A DNA stretch of 64,000 nt, from the NCBI GenBank assembly GCA_963766075.1, contig CAVYAN010000031.1:37048-101047 (forward strand), written 5' to 3'. A model generated the notes under the pieces. It worked only from the letters and a program-made list of their open reading frames with translations. It did no database searches and was not told the DNA's origin. The stretch comes from an uncultured cyanobacterium. Its GTDB lineage: Bacteria; Cyanobacteriota; Cyanobacteriia; Leptolyngbyales; Leptolyngbyaceae. Below are positions 42,542 to 52,995 of the stretch, piece by piece; the first letter of the stretch is position 1; every line of letters begins with the position of its first letter. The position numbers and the translations under genes were made by a program.

Positions 42542-43474
42542 CTATTTATTTTTAGGCAACTGATTACGGAGCTTCACCCCAAAACGCTGCACTTTAGATA
42601 CAAGCCGCTGAGCCAAAGATCGGAAATTAGGGGTAACCGGTTCGCGATCGGGCGATTGGGCAAGGCGTACCTCCAGAAGCTCCTTTAGTTTACTGCTGGT
42701 CAGTGGCCGATTGAGTATGCCCTTTTCTGCTAAGGAAATTGACCCTGTTTCCTCCGAAACCACGACACAGATACAGTTTTCTACTCGTTCCGTAATACCC
42801 ATAGCGGCGCGGTGGCGGGTGCCCAATTGCCGAGAGGCGGTGCGATCAGACAGCGGCAGAATCACCCCCGCCGCCACGACTCGTGATCCCCGCACCAATA
42901 CCGCGCCATCGTGCAGGAGGGTCGAAGTTTGAAAAATAGTCTGCAGGAGTTCCTTAGAAATTTCTGCGTTTAACTTTACCCCAGGCACAGAAAAATCCCG
43001 TTCATCAATGGGGCTGCTGGTTTCCAAAATCAGCAGGGCACCCGTGCGATTTTGGGACAACTCCCGGACCGCATCAACAATCTCATCGACGACATTGCCT
43101 GATTTAAACGGGCTGCGACGTGAAGGTTGGAGCAACTGCAGAATTTCTCCCCGGCCTAGCTGTTCTAAAAACCGCCGAAATTCGGACTGAAGAATCACCG
43201 CCATGGACACGGCAGAGCCAATCAGCAGATTGTTCAGCACATAGGTGAGCAATTCCAGCCGCAGCCAACGACTGATCGACGTTGCGACAATCAGCACAAT
43301 AAAACCACGCACAATCCACAGGGTGCGTCGCTCACCAATGATGACGAGCATCATGTAGATCAGCAGCAGCACCAGGCCAATGTCGATGATTGATTTGAAA
43401 TTTGCAAGAATGGCGTGCAACACGGACTCTATCCAGTCAGGACTCGTCAGCCATTGCTTCCACCAATATGCCAT
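42542..43474 (-). CDS. cdaA: Diadenylate cyclase
   Basis: Three TM helices; LHDGA and GTRHRAA motifs; lysA-cdaA-uppS context. Confidence 0.93.
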   Translation of the reverse strand: MAYWWKQWLTSPDWIESVLHAILANFKSIIDIGLVLLLIYMMLVIIGERRTLWIVRGFIVLIVATSISRWLRLELLTYVLNNLLIGSAVSMAVILQSEFRRFLEQLGRGEILQLLQPSRRSPFKSGNVVDEIVDAVRELSQNRTGALLILETSSPIDERDFSVPGVKLNAEISKELLQTIFQTSTLLHDGAVLVRGSRVVAAGVILPLSDRTASRQLGTRHRAAMGITERVENCICVVVSEETGSISLAEKGILNRPLTSSKLKELLEVRLAQSPDREPVTPNFRSLAQRLVSKVQRFGVKLRNQLPKNK

Positions 43475-43493
43475 TTGATTCGGGGGGTGAACT

Positions 43494-44912
43494 CTAGTAT
43501 TTCAGCCGTTCGGGGAGGCGATCGTGGCGCAGCAAGTCTTGATAGGTTTCCCGTTCTAGGATGACCTCAGCGTTACCTGCATTCACAATCACTGCGGCGG
43601 GGCGCGCAATCCGGTTGTAATTCGAGGACATACTGTAGTTATATGCGCCCGTAGCCGGAACTACCAGAATATCACCTGGCTCAGTGATGGGCAGTTTGGC
43701 ATCTTTGATCAATATGTCGCCGGACTCGCAGTGTTTGCCCGCGATGGTAACGGTTTCAGTGAGAAGGGCAGACATTTTGTTGGCGATGACAGCCCGGTAG
43801 ACGGATTGGTAGGTAATTGGGCGGGGATTGTCGGACATTCCCCCATCCACGGTGACGTAGGTGCGGATGCCAGGAATCATCTTTTGGCCGCCCATGGTGT
43901 AGGCCGTAATGCAAGCGGTGCCAATCAGCGATCGCCCCGGTTCCGACAACAGCTTCGGCAACGGTAGATTATGGGTAGTACAGGCTTGGGCGATCGCCTC
44001 GGCCACCTCCTTCACCCAATCATGAATACTGGGCGGATCGTCCGATTCCGTGTAGCGAATCCCTAAGCCACCGCCAATATTCAATTCACTGATCGGTAGC
44101 CCATAGCCCGCCGCTTTTCCCAACCACTGCACCATCACATCTCCCAGATCATGGTGTGGCTCCAGTTCAAAAATCTGAGAGCCAATATGGGCATGCAGCC
44201 CCACACACGCCAGTCCGGGCTGCTTGACCACGAACTGAAACACCGCCTCCAACTGGTTCGGGTCAAACCCAAACTTGCTGTCAATGCTACCCGTGCGGAT
44301 GTATTCGTGGGTGTGACACTCAATTCCGGGGGTCACCCGTAGCAAAATCCGGATGGGCTGCGAGTTGGGCAATGCCGCCAACTGGCGCAGCTCGTGCCAA
44401 TTATCCACCACAATCGTACAACCCGCCTGGGCCGCTAGCTTCAGCTCCTCCAGAGACTTATTATTGCCGTGCAGATAGATTTTTTCTGGACGCACCCCCG
44501 CTTGTAGGGCCGTGTAAACTTCCCCCCCGGAAACCACATCAATCCCCAGGCCCTCGCTGGCCACAATGGCGCAGACCGCCAAGCAATTCCACGCCTTGGA
44601 CGCAAACAGCACCTGGGACTCCCCTGGGTAATACTGGTCAAAGGCATCTCGGTATTGCTGACACGCTGTCCGTAGTGTGACTTCATCTAATATATAGAGC
44701 GGCGATCCGAACTGATCGATGAGGTGTGATACCTCGCAGCCGCCCACCTCCAACCGATCTGCCTGATTCACCCGCGCCGTTAACGGCAAAAGCTGTTGAT
44801 TCGGCGATCGCACCGTATCGCCAGAGTCTCCATCCCCCGATCCAATATCTAAATAGTGGCGACCAGCGGATAGAGTCTTTGAATCTTGGCGATCAGTGGG
44901 GGTAGCTACCAT
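43494..44912 (-). CDS. lysA: Diaminopimelate decarboxylase
   Basis: ASKA, HIGSQ, EPGRS, HCESGD and GAY motifs. Confidence 0.95.
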   Translation of the reverse strand: MVATPTDRQDSKTLSAGRHYLDIGSGDGDSGDTVRSPNQQLLPLTARVNQADRLEVGGCEVSHLIDQFGSPLYILDEVTLRTACQQYRDAFDQYYPGESQVLFASKAWNCLAVCAIVASEGLGIDVVSGGEVYTALQAGVRPEKIYLHGNNKSLEELKLAAQAGCTIVVDNWHELRQLAALPNSQPIRILLRVTPGIECHTHEYIRTGSIDSKFGFDPNQLEAVFQFVVKQPGLACVGLHAHIGSQIFELEPHHDLGDVMVQWLGKAAGYGLPISELNIGGGLGIRYTESDDPPSIHDWVKEVAEAIAQACTTHNLPLPKLLSEPGRSLIGTACITAYTMGGQKMIPGIRTYVTVDGGMSDNPRPITYQSVYRAVIANKMSALLTETVTIAGKHCESGDILIKDAKLPITEPGDILVVPATGAYNYSMSSNYNRIARPAAVIVNAGNAEVILERETYQDLLRHDRLPERLKY

Positions 44913-45030
44913 GCTTTCATCCTGTAAAGTCAATTAACGAAAAAACTGCGGAACGGTCGGGTCGCGTTACAAATGCTTATCTATTTTACAATTGAGGGCC
45001 ATCCCTCCTCACGGAAATCACCAACTTTTT

Positions 45031-45600
45031 GTGTTCTCTATAGAATTGATCCCACTTTCGGCTGACTTGCTCCCTGCCGCTGTGGCCCTCGATCAACGGT
45101 GCTTCGGCGGCCTCTGGACCCTGGAGGGCTATCGGCGGGAGCTAGAAAGTCCCAATAGTGAAATGTTTGTCATCAAACCCAGTCCGTCAGAGGCTGCCGA
45201 TTCAGAATCTAGGCCGCCTGCTCTGCTGGGGCTCGGTTGTTACTGGGCCATTCTGGAAGAAGCACACATTACCATTTTGGCGATCGCTCCCGAATACCAG
45301 CGTCAAGGACTGGGACAAACCCTGCTCCTCGCTCTACTCGCTTCGGCCCATCAGCGCGGATTGGAACGCGCCACGCTCGAAGTCAGTGAATCCAACCCAG
45401 CCGCCCTGGCCCTCTATCAAAAATATGGGTTCACAGAAGTGGGCCGCCGCCGCCGTTACTATGCTGCTACCGGCGAAGATGCCTTGATTCTATGGCAGGG
45501 CAAGCTGCACTACCCCGGATTTTCCCAAAAATTGGACCAGTGGCGGAGTGACGTGGGCGATCGCTTGAGACAATTCGGTTGGCACTTAACGGGAATTTAA
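45031..45600 (+). CDS. rimI: Ribosomal-protein alanine N-acetyltransferase
   Basis: EAHITILA, QRQGLG, LEVSESN and RRRYY...EDA motifs; start uncertain. Confidence 0.85.
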   Translation: MFSIELIPLSADLLPAAVALDQRCFGGLWTLEGYRRELESPNSEMFVIKPSPSEAADSESRPPALLGLGCYWAILEEAHITILAIAPEYQRQGLGQTLLLALLASAHQRGLERATLEVSESNPAALALYQKYGFTEVGRRRRYYAATGEDALILWQGKLHYPGFSQKLDQWRSDVGDRLRQFGWHLTGI

Positions 45601-45811
45601 CGCGGATTTAACAGCATGAGACCGCCGTGATGCTGTTTTCAGCGCTGAAGTTGAGGATCGCTCCTCTCCCCAGATCGACACTTTCCCAGTTCTGAACCGA
45701 TCCCCGCGTTCGGAAATCACGAATCCCCATCTGCTCACCATTAACAACCAAGCGATTTTGCTGTGTTAAGATTAAGCCTACCTAGGCACGCAGCAGGTGA
45801 TAAAAACCGCC

Positions 45812-48291
45812 ATGTTTGAACGCTTCACAGAAAAAGCTATTAAGGTGATCATGTTAGCCCAGGAGGAAGCTCGCCGCCTGGGACATAACTTCGTTGGTAC
45901 AGAACAGATCCTCCTGGGTCTGATTGGAGAAGGGACCGGCGTCGCCGCCAAAGTGCTGAAATCCATGGGCGTTAATCTCAAGGACGCTCGGATTGAAGTC
46001 GAAAAAATCATCGGGCGCGGCTCCGGATTCGTTGCGGTTGAAATTCCATTCACACCCAGGCTAAGCGCGTTCTAGAGCTATCTCTGGAAGAAGCTCGCCA
46101 ACTGGGGCACAACTACATCGGTACAGAGCATCTGCTCCTTGGTTTGATTAGGGAAGGCGAGGGCGTTGCGGCTCGGGTTCTGGAGAACCTCGGTGTTGAT
46201 CTTTCCAAAGTCCGGACTCAAGTGATCCGGATGCTGGGCGAAACGGCAGAAGTCACTTCCGGGGGTGGACAAGGGCGCACCAAAACCCCCACCCTGGATG
46301 AATTTGGCTCGAACTTGACCCAAATGGCTCATGATGGCAAGTTGGATCCGGTCGTGGGTCGCCAGAAAGAAATTGAACGGGTGATCCAAATTTTGGGTCG
46401 CCGCACAAAAAACAATCCGGTCCTGATTGGTGAACCGGGTGTGGGTAAAACGGCCATTGCTGAAGGGCTGGCTCAGCGCATCGCTAACGACGATGTGCCC
46501 GACATTTTGGAAGATAAGCGCGTCGTCACCCTAGACATTGGTCTCTTGGTGGCTGGCACGAAGTATCGCGGGGAATTTGAGGAGCGCCTCAAAAAAATCA
46601 TGGATGAAATCCGCACGGCGGGCAATGTCATCCTGGTGATTGATGAAGTCCATACCCTAATTGGGGCCGGTGCCGCCGAAGGGGCAATTGATGCAGCCAA
46701 TATCCTCAAGCCTGCTCTGGCCCGGGGAGAACTGCAATGCATTGGGGCCACCACCTTGGATGAATACCGCAAGCACATTGAACGCGATGCGGCTTTGGAG
46801 CGGCGCTTCCAGCCTGTGATGGTGGGTGAACCCAGCGTCGATGAAACCATTGAAATCCTGCGTGGACTGCGCGAGCGCTATGAGCAGCACCATAAGTTGA
46901 AGATTTCTGACGAAGCCGTGGAAGCTGCCGCTAAGCTGGCAGACCGCTATATCTCTGATCGGTTTCTGCCGGATAAGGCAATTGACCTGATTGACGAGGC
47001 GGGTTCTCGGGTGCGGCTGTTGAATTCCCAACTGCCGCCGGCTGCCAAAGAGCTGGATAAGGAGCTGCGTCAAGTCCTCAAGGACAAAGATGATGCTGTC
47101 CGTTCCCAGAACTTTGATAAAGCGGGTGAGTTGCGCGATCGCGAAATGGAGATCAAGGCCGAAATCCGAGCGATCGCTCAAAATAAGAAAACCGAAACCG
47201 CTGATGGAGAGGCCATTTCTCCAGTCGTGACGGAAGAGGACATTGCTCAAATTGTGGCGTCTTGGACCGGCGTTCCCGTTAATAAACTAACGGAATCTGA
47301 ATCCGAGAAACTGCTCCACATGGAGGATACGCTGCATACCCGTCTAATTGGCCAAGACGAGGCTGTAAAAGCGGTTTCCCGAGCGATTCGTCGGGCTCGA
47401 GTTGGCTTGAAGAATCCCAATCGCCCTATCGCTAGCTTTATCTTCTCTGGGCCCACTGGCGTTGGTAAAACAGAGCTCACTAAGGCATTGGCCGCTTATT
47501 TCTTTGGTTCGGAAGATTCCATGATTCGGCTGGATATGTCGGAGTACATGGAACGCCACACCGTGTCTAAGCTCATCGGTTCTCCTCCCGGCTATGTTGG
47601 CTACAACGAAGGAGGGCAGTTAACGGAGGCGGTTCGCCGTCGCCCTTATACGGTTGTCCTATTTGATGAAATCGAAAAGGCCCACCCCGATGTGTTCAAC
47701 ATGCTGCTGCAAATCTTGGAGGATGGTCGCCTGACCGATGCCAAGGGCCGCACCGTAGACTTCAAGAACACGCTGCTGATCATGACCTCGAACATTGGTT
47801 CCAAGGTGATTGAGAAGGGTGGTGGCGGTCTTGGCTTTGAGTTTGCCTCGGGCGGTGATGCGGCCGAGTCCCAGTACAACCGCATTCGCTCGTTGGTGAA
47901 TGAAGAGTTGAAGCAGTACTTCCGGCCTGAATTCTTGAACCGACTGGATGAAATCATCGTCTTCCGGCAGCTCACCAAGGATGAGGTCAAGGAAATCGCT
48001 GATATTCTACTCAATGAGGTCTTTGGTCGCCTCAAAGAGCAGGGTATTACCTTGGGGGTCACTGAGCGGTTTAAGGATCGCCTGGTTGAAGAGGGCTATA
48101 ACCCCAGCTACGGTGCTCGACCGTTGCGCCGTGCCATTATGCGCCTATTGGAAGATTCACTGGCGGAGGAAATCCTCTCTGGTCGGGTTAAAGATGGCGA
48201 TGTTGCCACGGTAGATGTGGATGCCGATGGTAAGGTCAATGTGCTCAATGGGCCAGTGCGGGAGTTGTTGCCCCAGGGGTCTGAGTCCTAG
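45812..48291 (+). CDS. clpC: Clp protease ATPase ClpC (apparent -1 frameshift near 46060)
   Basis: [11 protein letters not shown] start; GEPGVGKT and GPTGVGKT; one extra G restores [11 protein letters not shown]. Confidence 0.95.
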
Positions 48292-48326
48292 CTGAACCCT
48301 AGCTGAACCTAACGGCTAAATGCATG

Positions 48327-48361
48327 AACGGTAGAGGGATTGAATCCTTCTACCGTTTTTT
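48327..48361 (+). terminator. clpC intrinsic terminator
   Basis: AACGGTAGAGGGATT-G-AATCCTTCTACCGTT followed by a T run. Confidence 0.75.
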
Positions 48362-48509
48362 AGTGGTTTCTTGAAGTTTTCGTGATGTCTTGAAGCAATT
48401 TGACTGCTTGAGGTGATGTTATATCAATCCTGTATGTTCATCCTGGGCAAGGTGCAATCAGTCCTTGCTATAGTTTTGAGAGTCCTTTACTTGACTTTCA
48501 GCGAGTTCT

Positions 48510-49889
48510 ATGGTCCACGCCTCGTCCAGCCCTCCTGGCACCCATGCACATCCCAGCTTGGGCGGAAAGAACGATGTCTTTATCTCCTACTCCCGGAAAG
48601 ATAAAGCATTTGTAGAGCAACTGGTGGCGAAGTTTCGGAATGCAGGCCGGGATCCCTGGGTGGACTGGGATGATATTCGCAAAGGGGAAGACTGGTGGAA
48701 ATCAATTCAACGGGGCATTGAAGAGGCGGATAGCTTTGTCTTTGTGATCAGTCCAGATTCTGTTTCATCGGCGGTGTGTCGGGATGAGATTGACTACGCA
48801 GCCCAACTCAATAAGCGATTTCTGCCGCTGCTGTGGCGGGAGGGATTTGAGATGGCGCATGTGCACCGTTCGATCTCGCAGCACAACTGGATATTTGCTC
48901 GTGAAACCGATGACAGTCACCGGACGTTTCAAGAATTATTGGATGCTCTGGATACGGATTTGGATTATGTGCGCACCCATACGCGATTATTGGTGCGATC
49001 GCTCGAATGGCAAAACCGAGGCCAAGATGGCAGTTATCTACTACGAGGGCTTGATTTAGAGGATGCGGAGCATTGGTACATCCAGAGTATCCACAAGGCA
49101 CCCCGCCCTACGGACGGTCAAGCTGCCTATATCAATGCCAGCTTAGATGCACGAACTGCGGCCTTAAAGGCCCGCCAAAAGGCGAAATGGATTGTGGTTT
49201 TGACGACAGTGATTGCAAACCTGGCCTTTGTCGTCGGAGGGCTATCGATCCTCTACTGGCATATGAGCGCGATTGCCCAGCGGCAAGTCGAGAAAACTAT
49301 GCAGGCCACTCTGGATGGCGCGCTGGCTGGGATTAATGGAGATGAATTTGCACAACTGGCTAAAGTCACGTTGCCGCCGGGGCAGGATGAACCGATCAAT
49401 AATCCCTTGTATGACAAGCATCAAGCCTGGATGCAAACGGTGCACCAGATTGCCCCAGCGGCGCTCCCCACCACTTACATTCAAGAAGCGAAGGGTAAGA
49501 TTGTTGCAATTGGTGATATTTGCAGAATCATTGCCCAAAAATCGGACCATCCGTATCGCATGATTATTCCTGGCAATGAAGTCATTCCGGCCAGATTGAC
49601 GGGGTTTGAAAAGGTTAGCGTGAATTTATCCCCTTTCAAGGACAAATTCGGTAAAAGTTGGGTTTCGATCTACGGTCCAATTCGCAATTCGTCTGGTGCG
49701 GTTGTAGGGCAGTTAGGTTTGGCCTATGACTCTACCTATTGGACCGATTTAGAAGATCAGATTGGTCGCGTGATGACCATTGCCTGTGTGATCGCGTTCA
49801 TTTGGCTGGTCATTTCGAGTTGGTTGATTCTGCAAGCAACTCGACCTTCGCAAGAGCTTTTGGTCGGGGGCGATCGCCGGAAGCCATGA
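48510..49889 (+). CDS. TIR-domain protein with two TM helices flanking an extracytoplasmic domain
   Basis: DVFISYSRKD, WVDWDDI and SPDSVSSAVCRDE; hydrophobic segments near aa 227-250 and 424-443. Confidence 0.8.
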   Translation: MVHASSSPPGTHAHPSLGGKNDVFISYSRKDKAFVEQLVAKFRNAGRDPWVDWDDIRKGEDWWKSIQRGIEEADSFVFVISPDSVSSAVCRDEIDYAAQLNKRFLPLLWREGFEMAHVHRSISQHNWIFARETDDSHRTFQELLDALDTDLDYVRTHTRLLVRSLEWQNRGQDGSYLLRGLDLEDAEHWYIQSIHKAPRPTDGQAAYINASLDARTAALKARQKAKWIVVLTTVIANLAFVVGGLSILYWHMSAIAQRQVEKTMQATLDGALAGINGDEFAQLAKVTLPPGQDEPINNPLYDKHQAWMQTVHQIAPAALPTTYIQEAKGKIVAIGDICRIIAQKSDHPYRMIIPGNEVIPARLTGFEKVSVNLSPFKDKFGKSWVSIYGPIRNSSGAVVGQLGLAYDSTYWTDLEDQIGRVMTIACVIAFIWLVISSWLILQATRPSQELLVGGDRRKP

Positions 49890-50226
49890 GAGGGTTATGC
49901 AGCCATTCAGGGCATTCTAGCCCTCCTTGGGACTCCTGCCGTTAGTCCCCACCATCACGTCGAAGCCTCTGCGTTTCAGGGGGCGCGGCTGTAGAACAGT
50001 TGCACAAAAGTATCGCTGACGGTGTGATGGTGGGTGTTGGCAGCGTAGAGGATGAGTTTTTCGCGCCAGTCGGTGGCTTGGTCGTTGCCTCTGGTAGGGA
50101 GTGATCGCCCTGCTGATCCCCTGGCATCCATCGCGCAGCCGTGACCATCCTGGTCTACCATAGTCTTCTTGTAGCGATCGCTGCCGATTGCTGTCTATCC
50201 TCACGCCTCCCTACATTAATTTTTCT

Positions 50227-50973
50227 ATGAAAGCTCCCAGTGCCTCGCCCACGACCCCTTTCGTTCTGAAAACTGCCGGGATTGTCCTGATCCTGCTCTA
50301 CCTACTGGACTTTCTCCTGCTACTACTTTCGGCGAAATTTCAGGACAGCCAGTGGGTGATCGCCTTCACGACACAGCTTGTCGATCGGGGCTTCTTGCCG
50401 CTTCTGGGCTTAGGCAGTCTATTTGCTGGGTTTTGGATGGAAAGCCCCAGCAGCACCGGGGTGGATACGAGTCGCGGCCTGAAGCTAGTGTCATTAGTGC
50501 TGGCGAGCATTCTCGGTCTGGGGTTTCTGCTGCTCATTCCAGTTCATGTCAGCGCATCTCGGACCGCTGTTGATGATCAACTAAAACGCGTTGAACAGGA
50601 AGCAACCCAAGCGGAGGCGCAGCTTAACGCCCAAGCGGCACAGCAGTTGGACAGCCAGATCGCTCAGATTGAGCAAGCCCTGAAAAGTGGCCAATTAGGC
50701 GATCAGCAGGCCCAGGGCCAGAAGAAGCTTGATGAACTGAAAAAACTCAAGGCTGACCCAAAGGCATTAGAAGCCAGTGTTGCCCCCCAAAAGGAGCAGG
50801 TGCTGAAGCAGGTGAAGGATCAACGCGAGAAAGTTGAGTCCCAACTGCGGGAAACCTCCCTACGGTCAGGCTTGCGGGCAGGGTTGGGCGGGCTACTGCT
50901 GGCGATCGCCCATGCGGCGATCGGCTGGACCGGACTGCGCGCCCTGTCGGCCACAACGGATCGCCCCATTTAA
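50227..50973 (+). CDS. HpsJ-family membrane protein
   Basis: TQLVDRGFLPLLG; three TM, coiled coil, one TM. Confidence 0.7.
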   Translation: MKAPSASPTTPFVLKTAGIVLILLYLLDFLLLLLSAKFQDSQWVIAFTTQLVDRGFLPLLGLGSLFAGFWMESPSSTGVDTSRGLKLVSLVLASILGLGFLLLIPVHVSASRTAVDDQLKRVEQEATQAEAQLNAQAAQQLDSQIAQIEQALKSGQLGDQQAQGQKKLDELKKLKADPKALEASVAPQKEQVLKQVKDQREKVESQLRETSLRSGLRAGLGGLLLAIAHAAIGWTGLRALSATTDRPI

Positions 50974-51364
50974 TGGATCTTATTTAACTGGCGGTTAGAC
51001 CCAAGACTGACTCACCCTGAAGGCAGCCCCATGGGGAGCGGTTAACCGACTCACAGCCGCCTTCACCCGGCTCCTTTGCAACTTCCTGTTAAGCTTGCTA
51101 CCAATCCCCGCTAGGATGATAGGGAGAAGTAGGGATTGCTCCACGCCATCAATGTCTGGGGATCCAAATATTTCTGGATTCTGGCCAGATCCTGACCGAG
51201 CGGCCTGCACCCAATTGTGGCGGAGGAGAGCCGCAAGGGTCTTCTCTGGAGAAGCTTAATTTCTCAATTCTCGGAGAATTGCCATACACGAACGACTTAT
51301 GGATGATCTCGCCTAGTTTTTGAGCATTATTTGTGAACCCGTTTGATGGAGAGGTGAGCTACCC

Positions 51365-52087
51365 GTGCAACGCTTTAAGCAAGATCTCAAAAATGACCTG
51401 ATCGCAGGGCTACTCGTCATCATTCCGTTAGCCACAACTATTTGGCTAACCATCACCATTGCCAATTGGGTCATAAACTTTCTCACCCGCGTCCCCAAGC
51501 AGCTCAATCCCTTTGATGGGCTCAACCCAATTCTGGTCTATATCCTCAACTTAGTTGTGGGTTTGACCGTGCCCCTCTTATCCATTTTGCTGATTGGACT
51601 GATGGCCCGTAATATCGTTGGGCGCTGGCTCTTGGACTTTGGCGAGCGCATTTTACAGGCCATTCCCTTGGCAGGAGCCGTCTACAAAACCCTTAAGCAA
51701 CTGCTGGAAACCTTGCTCAAGGACTCCAGTGGTAAGTTTCGGCGGGTAGTGTTGGTGGAATATCCCCGCCAGGGCGTCTGGTCCCTTGGGTTTGTCACCG
51801 GAGCCATCAGCAGCGAATTTCAATCCCATTTTGCCGGTCCAATGCTGGGCGTTTTCATCCCGACAACCCCCAATCCAACGACGGGATGGTATGCCGTCGT
51901 GCCCGAAAATGCCGTCATCAATCTGACAATGCCCATTGAAGATGCCTTTAAAGTGGTTGTTTCCGGTGGGATTGTAAACCCGGACACGATCGCAGCCAAC
52001 GCCCTGCCCAGCAGCACTGCCACCCGACTGGATCGTTCCGTTGAGCCTGCTCTGCACTCCCTGAAGTTGGAAGAGGGACCACAATAG
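51365..52087 (+). CDS. DUF502 membrane protein
   Basis: VLVEYPRQG and FIPTTPNPTTG motifs. Confidence 0.88.
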   Translation: MQRFKQDLKNDLIAGLLVIIPLATTIWLTITIANWVINFLTRVPKQLNPFDGLNPILVYILNLVVGLTVPLLSILLIGLMARNIVGRWLLDFGERILQAIPLAGAVYKTLKQLLETLLKDSSGKFRRVVLVEYPRQGVWSLGFVTGAISSEFQSHFAGPMLGVFIPTTPNPTTGWYAVVPENAVINLTMPIEDAFKVVVSGGIVNPDTIAANALPSSTATRLDRSVEPALHSLKLEEGPQ

Positions 52088-52283
52088 ATATAGGGAGAAT
52101 AAAGGCCACGATAGCAGCGCTACAGTAAGCTTCTGTGGGCGATCGCGCCTCATCCTAGCGATCCAGATTCCTCCCCTTCCTGGGGCATGCCAAAAGGCAG
52201 ACCAAAACTTGTTAAGATGTCTATCCTGATCGGAACGGGGGATAGTCCCTGTTTCGTGCCATTTCTCACTCCCCATCACCACC

Positions 52284-52913
52284 ATGCAGCCCCGTCGTAT
52301 TGCCCGCGAACTCGCCCTGCTGAGCATTAGCCAGTTACCGGGAAACGAGGAAAAACTTGACAATCAAGCCCTGCACGCGATCGTCGCTGCCGCCGTTCAC
52401 ACCCTCACCAGCGAAGCCCAAGACTCCCTCGAAGCCGCCGCCGCTGAGCTGCAACAAAGCAGTGCTCGCCTCCTGAATAGTCAAATTCGTACTACAGATG
52501 TGGAAGCTGCCCGCATGATGGTCCATGAAGCTGTGGACTTGGCCCAAACCGCCATCAATCGGCTAGGACTGGCGGTGGAAATTCCGGAATATGTGCAGCG
52601 GGCCAACCAGAACGACGTGATGGACTACACCCTAGAAATTATTCGGACCCTACGCCGCCATCGGGATGAAATCGATGCCGTCCTTACGGATGCCTTGGTA
52701 GACTGGCAGCTCTCTCGCCTCGCTCGCGTCGATCGCGATATCCTGCGCATTGCCGTCACCGAAATGATGTTCATTCGCACATTCGACAGCGTTGCGATTA
52801 ACGAGGCGGTGGAACTGGCAAAACGCTACAGCGGCGAAGATGGCTATCGGTTCATCAACGGCGTGCTGCGGCGGGTAGTTGATAAAATGCGGACAAAGAA
52901 GCCCGCGAATTAG
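52284..52913 (+). CDS. nusB: Transcription antitermination factor NusB
   Basis: RRIARELAL, DRDILR, INEAVELAKRY and FINGVL motifs. Confidence 0.93.
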   Translation: MQPRRIARELALLSISQLPGNEEKLDNQALHAIVAAAVHTLTSEAQDSLEAAAAELQQSSARLLNSQIRTTDVEAARMMVHEAVDLAQTAINRLGLAVEIPEYVQRANQNDVMDYTLEIIRTLRRHRDEIDAVLTDALVDWQLSRLARVDRDILRIAVTEMMFIRTFDSVAINEAVELAKRYSGEDGYRFINGVLRRVVDKMRTKKPAN

Positions 52914-52995
52914 CTCCTTCTGCGAATTCCATCTCCGCGAATTCCATTGGGGTGAGCGTTAAGCAGTTTTAGTCCTTCGTGTTTAGGTAAAGGCC

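Noticed and set aside
49942..50204. Short minus-strand ORFs between the TIR gene and the hpsJ-like gene
   Set aside because: No recognisable motif or RBS; a gene remnant is possible but cannot be supported.
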